From assembly GCF_003704095.1 (NCBI RefSeq), contig NW_020847258.1:186001-250000 (forward strand): a DNA stretch of 64,000 bases, in the 5' to 3' direction. A program made the translations under genes and the position numbers. The notes beneath the pieces were generated by a model. The model searched no databases. It saw nothing but the letters and a program-made list of their open reading frames with translations, and was not told the DNA's origin. Source of the DNA: Pocillopora damicornis. Lineage: Eukaryota. Below, piece by piece: positions 26,511-37,590 of the stretch; within the stretch, counting starts at the first letter, position 1, and each line of letters begins with the position of its first letter.

Positions 26511-29500
26511 ATGGAAAATAACTTACAAGGTCCTCGTACATTTTTCCAGTCGCCTTTCTACGCCATGGTCTCACCTCGAGTTCAGAACATCTCAAGTGCT
26601 AGCAGTTTGCCATATGCCGCGGCTGACTCTTGCTGTTCAGTTCCCAGTTATTTACCGTATCACTCCTTCGCCAGTCGACCTTACGACGTCCCGTGCATAT
26701 ATCACCCGGCTTCATATGTAGACCCTCAACTTCAACTTGCTGCTTTTCAAGGTAGGAATTATTTATACCATTTTTTTTTCCAATTTCAATCGTTAAGTGA
26801 TCATTCTTAAATTTGCGTACATCTGGTTTTTTAAAACTGTTAAGTTTGCTTTGTGAGTGAGTCATTTTGTGTCTAAACCTAGTCGCAACATTAAGTAATT
26901 GTTCGTGTAGCCAAAAATTGTATTAACTAATTTGTCCTTGACATTTTGTGGACCGATAAAACGGCGGCAAATTCTGGGTGAACTGTGATTAGATTTAAAA
27001 AACGTGAGCAAAAAATAAACAGTGATTTTTCGCGGATTATCTCATGCGATAACTAAGATTTTGGGATCAGCGAGAAAGATAACTGTAACAATCTACCGAT
27101 TGGCTTTGTTTTCAAGATTTTGCTTTCATTTTGTTGCGCCTCTTGGTTACGAGTAGGCAGGAGAAATATTTCTCTCGCAAAATAATGGGTAAAACAAAAC
27201 AGAAACAAGCAATAATCGTAAATTGTTGTCCCGAAATTAGAAACCAAGGACAAAGGGAAAGGATTTCCAATAGAAAGGTTTTTGAGGGGAAGAATTGGAA
27301 AATCGCTAACATCGCTTAAACAAGTGTTATATTGCGTGAAAAGAATTCATAGTTGGTAAAATAAGTTTTTAAATTATGCGCGTCAGGTTTAAAGTTAGAA
27401 TTCCCAACTTATTTCGGTCCCTGGTCTGGTGTTTCGTAAAAGAGGATTTTCTTTGCTCGTCATCATTCCTGTGTGTATACATTGCGTTAAGAACGCCATA
27501 AAAATAATTTTTTTCCGCGACATCCTCTCATTCTGCACTTTTGAGGAATGACTCTTAGCTTTTAACACGAATTACAAGTCGTAGCTAGAAATCATGACAA
27601 AAGTGAAGTAAGGGGTTTTATTTTCTTAATACTGCAAACCAGAAGTAAAAGAAAAATGATTTGCACGTTGCCACGTTCTGGCCCTCTGGAAAATCACACC
27701 CTTAATGAAAGACATTGTCTTAAAAAAAGAGTGACGAAAAAAACGATCTGATCGTGGCATTGTTAAAATAAATCTTGTTCTAATTTCTACCTCAGGGCAA
27801 AGGTTCTTGGATCATTTAAGGCCACATAAGCCACGCAGGATGCGCGTCCGGACGAACTTCAGTCCTTGGCAGCTAGAACAGCTTGAAAGAGCGTTTGAGA
27901 CTACACACTATCCTGACGTGTTCATGCGTGAAGCTCTTGCCTTGAGATTAGACCTCACAGAAGCCAGAGTTCAGGTAATTGCTCTCACGGCCAATGGCAA
28001 TGAGATAGAAAACTTATTTATGAAAGCTAGAGGTCGCTGAGGCTATATAACTCTTTATACGTCTTAACATACCCTGTCAGGTGTTAAATCTTCAATTTTT
28101 GTCTTGGACGTATTAAGGGAAGAAAAGGGTATCACCTATAATAAAAAGACAGAGTGGATTCAAAGTTACGTCCAGCTCACGTTTTAGTGCTTTTCAAAAT
28201 GACTCTATTATTTCTTCGGACAAAAATCTAATTTTGGGTGGTTACGTCTTTTTCTTACTTATTTTGTATAAAATTTAGGAAAATGTCTCAGTAAAACTCA
28301 CAATTAATCAGGTTTGGTTAACAATACACTCCTACGTACTACAGCTGAGTCGAACGCCCCGGAATAAAAACATTTGTTCAAGCTTTGACTGTTTGTATTT
28401 TGCGTGTTTGGAAACATCCTTAGACTGTAGACGCACGGAAGACGCTATTTCCCACCATACAGAGTAAACGGACCTCAAAAAACTTCACTGAAAGAGTTTT
28501 CATCCAGTTTATAGTAATATTTCGAAGGAAATTTCACTCTGAAATCACTTTTCTTTCTCGAGTCGAGTAAAAATTCGCGCAACAGCGAGTAAAGAAAATG
28601 TGGAACGAAGAGCTATTTCTTCGGTCCAAAGGTGAAGAAAAGTAACCACACATTTGTATCTTAATTTTGACACAGTGTCACTTTATCTGTGTTACAGTGC
28701 TAACTTGGTGTCCCGATATTTATATATCTTATCCCTTAATTTCCTTTACGCTTACATTGATGATTTGACAAATGGGAGGAGATCAGCCAGTCAATGAGAC
28801 TGACCCGCCGGCCAAAGCAAATGAAATTCGCTTGAACCGGGGCACATTAATTCTGTACCTGCGTAATTCGCTCGGCTTCCGAGTAAAGGAAAAAAAAAGG
28901 GAGACGGCGATTCATCTGATGATAAACTAGGGTTTCCCAACTCCGGGAGAAATTTTACAATAAGAAATCGAAAATAAAAGACACATTATCACTGCAAAGG
29001 TTTTGTTATAAACAACTGGTTGGCCTGATTTTTTAAAAAATTTTTATTTATTTTTATGGAGAGAAGCCATTGTTTCTTGCCGTTAAGGAAGTGATCTTTG
29101 TCTAGACCGAGTGTGATTTTTTCCGCGGGGTGTTTACGCCACAGTATGTTCTTTTCTTCGCCGTTTCATTATTCAATGCATATCACGCTGACTTTAATAT
29201 CTTTTATTTTCTTTTGATTGAAATTTTCAAGCAACGGAATTGAAATAAAAGCACCAAATGTCGCTCTCCCATCCACGATGTTGTCAAGTCTTGTAAAACG
29301 CGAATTAAAATACTGTTTAAAAGCAGTAATAAGTGTTGACAAACTTTTTCGTTGCTGTTTTTTTTTTCTACAATGAATATGGATGGTTTCCATCTTAAAA
29401 AAAAAATAGGTAAAGAAACAAAAATGGCAAAAACGAGTGAGTTAAAAATGTAAATTCTCTTGTTCTCTTGTATAGTAGCGCATTGTTGAAAGCCACAGCG

Positions 29501-30351
29501 ACAATTTACTAACGAGAACGGAATAATTACTCTCTAATATTTTATTTATCTCCTCTTAACATATGAAAACTTTTCCTTAAATGAGTCGATTTTGTTTTAA
29601 CTTGTTGTATCAAATTATTTGTTAAATGACAGGTCGAAAATTTTATTTTGGAATTACACACTACCACCGCAAAAAGAGAAATTTCAAATATTATTGTTGT
29701 CAAAATTTGCATGAATTGACTCTATGATTCTTTATACACGCAATAAATTGATCGCTCTTTCATGCGTACTTGTAATGATAGTAAATAATAATCATAGTTA
29801 TTGTATAGAACCACATGCTGCAAAAGCTTAAATCATGCGCGCGGTAGTAAAACAATGCTTTTTAAAGAAACCATTTAATTTTTTTTTCGCATGGTTTTTT
29901 TTCTCAGGTATGGTTTCAAAATCGACGAGCAAAATGGAGGAAAAGAGAGAAAGCTAAAGATGGTGAAGATGGCGACAAGGATTCTGACAACAACGAAGAA
30001 GCTGACGTAGATTTGACGAGGAAATCGAACGGAGAAGATTGTGAAAACAGCGATGCAAACGTTAAAATTGAAAAAGATAACATGGAAGGAGAAAAGGAAA
30101 CAACTTGCGACTCGGAGAAATCAGAAGACAGCCTTTATCAAGGACAAGGGCGGAAACCTGTCAAAGATGAATTCTTAGCTTTACAGTGTGCGCGGCATCA
30201 GGGCCGCGATGGACATGTTTACGAGAAAGAACAAGGCTTCAGAGATATAGAGTATTTTGAGAGGATGAGAACATCGAGCATAGCCGCTCTACGACGCAAG
30301 GCTAAAGAACACGAAGTGCTACTCACTTCGCAAAATCACGATCATCACTAA
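26511..30351 (+). CDS. UNCX: Homeobox protein Unc-4 homolog (PRD class, Q50), paralog B, 287 aa, with OAR motif; 3 coding exons
   Basis: Exons 26511-26751, 27796-27974 and 29908-30351 join in frame (GT-AG, phases 1 and 0). Homeodomain [46 protein letters not shown]|[14 protein letters not shown] closely resembles Unc-4/Uncx. An acidic linker follows, then [15 protein letters not shown] (OAR) at 30268-30312. Confidence 0.92.
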
Positions 30352-33300
30352 GTGTCGAAAAGTAGGCCCAGTTACAGTGATCAGTCGAACAAAAACACGT
30401 CAACATTAACTTCAGCCACGCGGCTAGACCATGGCTAATTGTGTCTTTGTTAACGAGACGGAGTTGGCGTTTCTAATGTAAACTATATTATCAGTGTAAA
30501 TAGCCTTGCCGATGCGCATTTTAAGTGTGTTATCTCTAGAGAATTGCCTTCAGTTGTAAAATACAGCCGCAGTGAGTTAGGAAGCCAAATATTGATTAAT
30601 GAAGATGTCTAATGTTCCGCAGACGGACCAAAACTGCCACGTTTCTGCCAAAAGCGCAACAGTACAAAATGTCATGTTTCTTTGTTTGATGACAGAGTGA
30701 CTAAGCCAATATTATTTCATCTCAATAACCCAATTTCTTGTGATGGACGAATAACGTCGAAAAACACATGAGAAATCCCACACCCACGATTTGAACATGA
30801 GAGAACATTGCTGAATCAGTTTTACGTCAATAATGATATACTGGTGAAAAAAACTGAGTTTACATAAAGAATCTTCTCAACCATGCTAAGTACTAAAGTG
30901 TTTTTTCGAAGAGGACATGTAATAAAAACGGTTTGTCTCGTGTAAAAAATGACCTAAAAGTACAAAGAAATAGTTTAACTTATCATCACTGGAAGTTTGT
31001 CATCGATCGCCGTATCGGATATCTACTGACTGGACATTATATATCATAATTATCTTAATAGATAGTTTTTTGTTCTAGGTATCCGAATATCGTAAACACT
31101 AGATGTTTATCTGGACTAGATTTTAAAGCGTAGACGAGCCAGTCAATATTCAGAAAATTATATAAGTTTAAAACTTTGGTATAATTTGGTTATTTAGACC
31201 GAATATTGAAAAAATAAAGTTACAACTTCACTTCGAAGCTTTTGATTCATGTCTTTGAATTCAGTGTCCATTAAAATTGTTCTTGTCAAAGGAAGACAAT
31301 TCCGAATGGAAATGTTTCAATGCTTAACAAATTTGTGTCTTTAACTGTTTTCAATACTTGGAGGCTATTTCAGTGAGTCACGTACGCTGACTACATATGT
31401 ACCTCGGTTTATAAGCAACTGATTATGTCATGTAAATTAAACGTTTTTCACGATCATCAAATTTCACTCTTACACTATTCGTATTTATATCTTAACTAAA
31501 AAAAAATTAACATCATTAATTATGGCCGAAAAAAACTTTGTTACAGTCATAAGTAACAACCTTTGATTTTTTTTTTTTGAGAGAAAATGGTTGTAACACG
31601 CCTACATCCTGCAAAAATACTTTTAAAATATCCTTTTTCTATTTGACCTTGTTTCCGATTCTTTCCTTTTTTTTCTTTAATTCAAGTTCGAAATGTTTCC
31701 TCCTGAACAGAATTTCTAGGGAGCGCACTGCTGATAACATCCGACTAAACAAAATACTATTCAGATATTCAAAACGGAAATATTATCATCATTTTTTTTT
31801 TAGTTTGATCGCTTTTAGTTGTGACTCAAGTTTTGCCCATCGGTCCAAGGCCAGCCGGAAAAACGAACGACTTTGACCTAGAATTGTTTGATAGAAGATG
31901 CGTTCTCGAAACACCGTTTCAAACAGTTACCATTTACACACCTCAAAAAGACCTATCTTTATTGACTTTTACTGCCCTACTTCTCGCAACACTGATCGCG
32001 AATTGGCCTTTTTCTGTTAATAAATCGTTGCATATATTGACTTCCGCCGTGGTCTTTCATAAAACAAGCTATCTGTATTCACGACAGCAATTTGATTCAC
32101 TTTTATACAGGCGGCGGTTTTATATTCTGAAAATTCGCAACATTGCTTTCTGAGGTAAATTAGCGTCTTTCAAGTATTCTTCAAAGATTTTACACAACAG
32201 CTGATGGATAAACACACATTTCGTTCTTGAAATGGAATAATTTCATTTGCAATAGCATTAAAGGGCCACGAGGCTGTGCAGATTAGAGAGGATAAAGGAA
32301 ACTATGTTTCCATTCAATTTACGCGACTTCACTAAATCCTTGAGTTCTGCCACTCCCGTATTTTGCAAAAAATCGAAATTCAATTTTCATTTTCTACGCA
32401 TATCGGCAGCAATAAAACTCAAAAGACCGCAAAGTATAATTTTTTAATTGCGGAAATCTTGAAAGGTCAAATTAGTTGGAATAGCAAAGAACCTGGGCAG
32501 ATGAAATGAGCCCGTTTTGTTTTGGTTTTGTGTCGAATATTCGCCTATTGAAAATGTGTTTTGCGGCTTAAGTTTTTCTTCACTGAGTCTGAACATTTTT
32601 CAATGTGATTTAATTTGTTTTCTTCAAAGAAAGATAAAGAATTGAGGTTGAAATATTTCAAAATGTCGGTGGAAAGGTGATTTCCACAGGTGGAGATAGT
32701 TTGAAATTATATAGCAAACGGAGTAGAATTTAATTATTTCCCCATTTGGTCTTGTCTCTCGGATAAGAACTATTAATCTGTTAAACGCCGAATACATACA
32801 ACTGCTGCGGAAGTGGCAATTGAGTATCAGAACACAAAAACTATTTTCCATTATTTAGCCCTTAATTATTCGTGGGAATTTTATTTCTGGGATTGAATAC
32901 TGCTACCAAATGAACCATTAGGAATCCTATTGTGGCATTCTTAAAAATCGGAGGTCAAATTTGATACGCAAACTTAAGCTAAGGAGTGGAAAACACGCCG
33001 ACTGGAACTGTCGTAAAACGCACGGATGTTCGCACCGTCAACACATGTTCCGTTCTCATAATTATTATCGCATTTGGAAAATCGAATCAGTCATTGCTGC
33101 GGAGCTTGTAAAATGGATTTTGTTCGGCGTAAATGAAACGAATTAAAGGCAAATTCTTAATTGTTTTCGCACACTAACTTTCAGCTTTGTGGGAAAATTC
33201 ATCGCTGTCCCAAACATCCCAAAGTGTATTTCTTTATTTTGTCTGACTTGAAAAAACGTTGGGGTGCGTTTGGTTTTAATGGCATACCAAAGATGGAAAA

Positions 33301-35583
33301 TTTTAAATAATTTTTTTGCCTGAGAATGAAGTTACTCTACGTTCGTGTGTTGTAACATCCTTGAACTTTATGCAAAATGTGTCTCATTCACAATAAAAGA
33401 AATTTAAACCTTGCGTCTTGTTAAGTTTCATTCAATCCGACTCACCAGATCATTTTCCATGTTTGCTGTAGCTGCTAATTCGCCCGAAACATCATCTCCG
33501 AAATTTTTCGCGTTTCGCACCTGGGTCAACAATACTCTAAAAGGTTTACTGGTTTATTTACTCAAAATAAAAAAAAAATGATCAGTATCAAATTTTTCGA
33601 GTAATTTAACACGCAAATGATCGACGCTCATTTGAATTTAGACGAGATTATAGATTTACGCGGCCAGGTTGTTTAACTTAACGTAACAACATTGTCAGAG
33701 ATCAGCGCCGACGAAATTAAACGCGGAAAATCGATACGTTTAATCGATTCTATCGCCAGCAAGGTCAATAAATGATACAGCGCTTTTTAATCACAAAAGT
33801 GATATTTCAATCAAATGTTTTAGTGGCCGTATTCTCGAATTTGTCACCGAGAAGATTCGATCTGTTATTTGCGTTTACGATATCGATATATTTTTGTCTA
33901 ATTTCGCAACAGCAAACTAATTACATCTCGATATCTTGCAACAGTTGTAGATCAAGTCTAAATTACCATTCCAAATTCTTCGTTTCCTAGCGAAAAGGCA
34001 ATCAGGTTTTAAAATATGTATGCTGATTTTCAACCTGCCAGACTTAAACCAAAAAGAAAAGAATTAATTATCTTTATTTTGTCTGTAAGCAAAAAGAAAA
34101 ATAATCATCAAAATTTGTGTAGCATGTAAGCTACAGGAAAACTCTACGCAAAGCTATTTTCATCTCACAAAAAAAACGCTTCTTCCCGATATGAACTGCT
34201 CTCTATACTACAAGAAGAAAGCAACAGCCGTTTCCTCAGGAGACGTCTTATTCCGCTATGTAAAATGACAAGGCTGCGATCTGCGCATAAAAAATGGAAC
34301 AAAAATGTTGTGTTTGGCTTGCTTTTATTAACTCGATGCATATCAGTCTATTTTATTTATGAGTCGAAAAAATCTTGAAATAATGCTAGTGAAATATCGT
34401 CTGTGCAACGTCGCTCGCTTCAATCAATGTCGTTGAGGCCAGAGAAGTCAATTCTCTTTCGGCCTCAAGTCATATTCTGAAACTCTTTTGAAGATTGTGA
34501 TTTAAAATCCTTAGAAGACTAGATATATCTTTATCCCCAGCTCTAAAACAAATTTTCAACTCTTTTCTTTGTGCTGTTTTGTCTCCTTGTTTTAAAAGAA
34601 GATCCCTTTAAAACAAATTCTCCGGACACGGGGAGTGAAAAATGGGAAAGGGATATTTTTTTCTTTTACAATGTTCAACTGTAAACTCAGCTGACATGAA
34701 ATCATTTCTAAAACTTGATATCGATTTAAACCAAAACATACAATAGTGTCAGGTGAATATGCCAAAACAAATTGCCCTAGACGCTTGGATTTACATTACA
34801 TGTAAGTAATTATGATTTATCAACTGTATACCACGCATTACTCACGCAGAGTGGGCGCTTTTGGTATTGGGTAACTAATGAGAAGAGAAATGTGAAGGAA
34901 GCGTTTTCGACCTGAAAATGGAGAGTTTTTTCTGTTCTTGTCATCACCCTGAAGAAACTTACTTTTCTCACTAATTTCATTAACGAAACGATGACTCGGA
35001 TCCGTGTGAAGAGGAGACCGTGGTCTCAAAACGGACTGTGACAAAAATAAACTCATTTGCTTTCAAACGCCTCCGTTCTGGCCATCAAAACTTGGATGCA
35101 CGTCTTCTACAACTTAATAAGTGCACATTAAAAACATCAGCTGATGGCACATTTCCCCACTAAGGAGACCTCAATGTAAAGTTTGGTCTAGACTGAAGAC
35201 CAAACAAGAGAAAATCTCGATCATAGTGGGCGGGGGGCCATCCTCTCTCTTGAGAGAGCAGTTACTTGCTTTTTAGCTACACTGTCTTTTTGGTGGGGCG
35301 CCAAATTTTGTTTCATGGAATAGTAAAACTACAAAAAAAACAATACCCTTCCACATGCCAATTTTCATAGTTGCTTTTATTTTTTTTGATCAGAGATAAG
35401 GATGCAAAAGTAGATTGAAAAACATCAACTGTCAATAAAATTAGTCAAAGATCTCAATTCGTACAGTTGACTACATTGTTGATATTGTGCCTATTCACTT
35501 TGTTGTGCTCTTAGACAAAACACTTTAGTCTCCCCATGCTTCTCCCCATACACCAGTATAAATAGGTACCAACGAATTGTCAA

Positions 35584-35843
35584 TGGCGGATCCAGGACTT
35601 TTGTTAGGAGGGGGTGTACTGCCAAGGAATGACAGCACTGATGAGTGAAGTGGAAATTTTTAAAAGTGAATAATGAAGAAGAAGGCCTATGACTAGGCTG
35701 TAACATAATGTGAACTGCTGAGAACACTGCAAACAATACAGCATATTTTGAACAACAGCAAAGTTATATCAGAAAGTCACAGGTCATCTTGGGGTGGGGA
35801 GAGGGGTGCACATCCCCAGCACCCCTCCCTTAGATCTGCCCCT
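35584..35843. mobile_element. Degenerate MITE-like insertion
   Basis: Imperfect terminal inverted repeats TGGCGGATCCAGGA ... CCTTAGATCTGCCCCT with G-rich and C-rich subterminal tracts, about 260 bp, non-coding. Confidence 0.5.
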
Positions 35844-36526
35844 ACTTCATTCTATGGGTACTGGGACAAGCTCCAACTGGATGGAGGACTCATTTCAGGT
35901 ATAGACTATATTTATTGACCTATCACATGGTCGTGATTTAATAATCAGCTTTTTGAAGGTAGTAACTGATTACATTAAAACTGAAAGTAATCTCTGGTAT
36001 TAGAAGAAAACAGAAGAAAAACAAGTAATTGAAAAGAGCTATTTTGGAGATTTTTAACACATTCAAACCAAAGCTCAGGATAAGATTTGTAAGATTGCTC
36101 ACCAGAATGAATTTCATTGTCACTTTTAAAGGAGGAAGAGGGCTTTAATTCACTTTGGCGCATCGTTGTGTCATTCCTACAGCTTGTGATGTTCTTTGCT
36201 CATCTCCTCTAACACGCAATGCAAGCATGCTAAATGCAAGCTAGATGGGATAGTATCTGTAGCTCTGAAGTTTTTTAAAAGAGCCATGCTTCTCTCCCTA
36301 ACTGGATTCAGTAATGGTGACCATTTCTTTCACCATCAAACATTGATTGCTTGTTCACCTAAAAGTTACCTGTAAGTCAGACATAGTTGTAACAAAACAT
36401 GCTCTTGTTGTAGGCTGATCCCTTCCTTGAACAAACAACACAGGGTATGCTTTCCTTAGCATATTTTTCATCCTTGAAGCTAGTATTTTAAGGCAACTTT
36501 CCCCATGATGGAAGATTTATGTTGGT

Positions 36527-37525
36527 TTAGTTATGAGTGAAAAACTTTAGCCCCATCCAGTTGAAATACATGAAGAACACAAATACTGGTATAGAGGTTG
36601 GTACCAGAAGACCAAAGTAGCAAGGTGAGTACTGATTGAGACAGGACTCTGGAAAATCCTGAAACAAAACAAGATATGCCATCATTAGGTGTTAAATGTA
36701 TCCTTACCTAGTGGAAGTTAATGTAAGCCCTACCATGCATAAAGCTCACAAGTGCCTCAGACTCTTTTTGTTTTGACTCTTTTATCCCTAAGAGTAAGTC
36801 GCATCTAATTTCTCCTTACAATATCACCTCTGAAACAAACATTAAGGTCAGGAGAATAAAAGAAATGATCACCACCTAAAGAAACTCTTGATTGTTAAAC
36901 AAATTCTCCTAATCTGCACCTTACAAAATGCATAGAGATCAGTGTGGAGAATATTGCATTTGCAAACTATTGTCAGGGTCTGAAGGGTTAATACAAAGAC
37001 AAAAACGTCAAAATGGAAAAAAAAAAGCCAGCCTGAAGGCAACGTTTAGAAGAGCTCCCTCTTCAAAATGTCAATCAAGCATCACTTCTTGCAGTCTTGT
37101 ATGATATTCAAACAGGGATGGATGTTTTTGTCCACTGAACTGCAGAATATACTTCGCATTCCTTATTCTAAAAATACCACTAGCTACAAGTGCTGGTGTT
37201 CCGGTGTATAACTTAGTATTTCATGCAAAATATCAAAGCTAGCACTGAGCTTACGCTTAAGTTCACCGCCATGTCCATATAAACATCTCTGTATGTACAT
37301 GAACATTGAGAACTGTGAAGGTGGGTTGTGAGGATGCATTTTTAAGCTGCGCATTCCTACCTTCTGCTGAAAAAGAAACGTCAATTAACTCACCTCTGTA
37401 GTTATATATGTATAAGATATTCCAAAAAGGCAAAAAATAACAACGATCGGAGAGAATACAAGCAAAAAATACGGAGCTAAATTGTCGGCAAAAGTGTAGT
37501 GAACGGCGCCTTCTGTGTCCTCCAT
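36527..37525 (-). CDS. PIGY: Phosphatidylinositol N-acetylglucosaminyltransferase subunit Y (GPI-GnT complex), 87 aa, 2 exons
   Basis: Exon 1 37525-37394 ([44 protein letters not shown], donor GTGAGT) and exon 2 36658-36527 (acceptor TTTCAG; [43 protein letters not shown]), joined by a phase-0 intron. It has two hydrophobic segments, and the C-terminal FP..C....C...LL.P..IPV.VFF....WMG.K.F.HN pattern matches PIG-Y as I recall it. Both exons are below the 60-aa ORF cutoff. Confidence 0.9.
36773..36991. mobile_element. TTAA-flanked piggyBac-type MITE in the PIGY intron
   Basis: Ends in GAAGGGTTAA with a decayed left end. Internal sequence is collinear with the copy at 39078-39286 (GCATCTAATTTCTC..TACAATATCACCTCTGA). 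Confidence 0.7.
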
Positions 37526-37590
37526 TACATTTATGCGGGAAACCGCTGCAAAACGTGTGTGGAGTGAAATCGCGGTCTCTAGAATCCAAG
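37526..37590. promoter_or_regulatory. 65-bp bidirectional inter-ATG segment shared by PIGY and ADSL
   Basis: Lies between the PIGY ATG (37525, -) and the ADSL ATG (37591, +). Locally CpG-rich. E2F-like GCGGGAAA at 37535-37542; YY1-like AAGATGGCGG overlaps the ADSL start. Confidence 0.7.

Noticed and set aside
35938-36470. A possible second cistron downstream of PIGY (MKNMLRKAYPVLFVQG... and nearby ORFs), by analogy with PYURF-PIGY
   Set aside because: No phase-consistent splice path and no Trm112-like CP..K..L motif; probably 3' UTR.
37263-37589. 108-aa minus-strand ORF overlapping PIGY exon 1, and an apparent 6-nt micro-exon at about 37361-37366
   Set aside because: Non-ATG start and no homology; the implied 27-nt intron is implausibly short.
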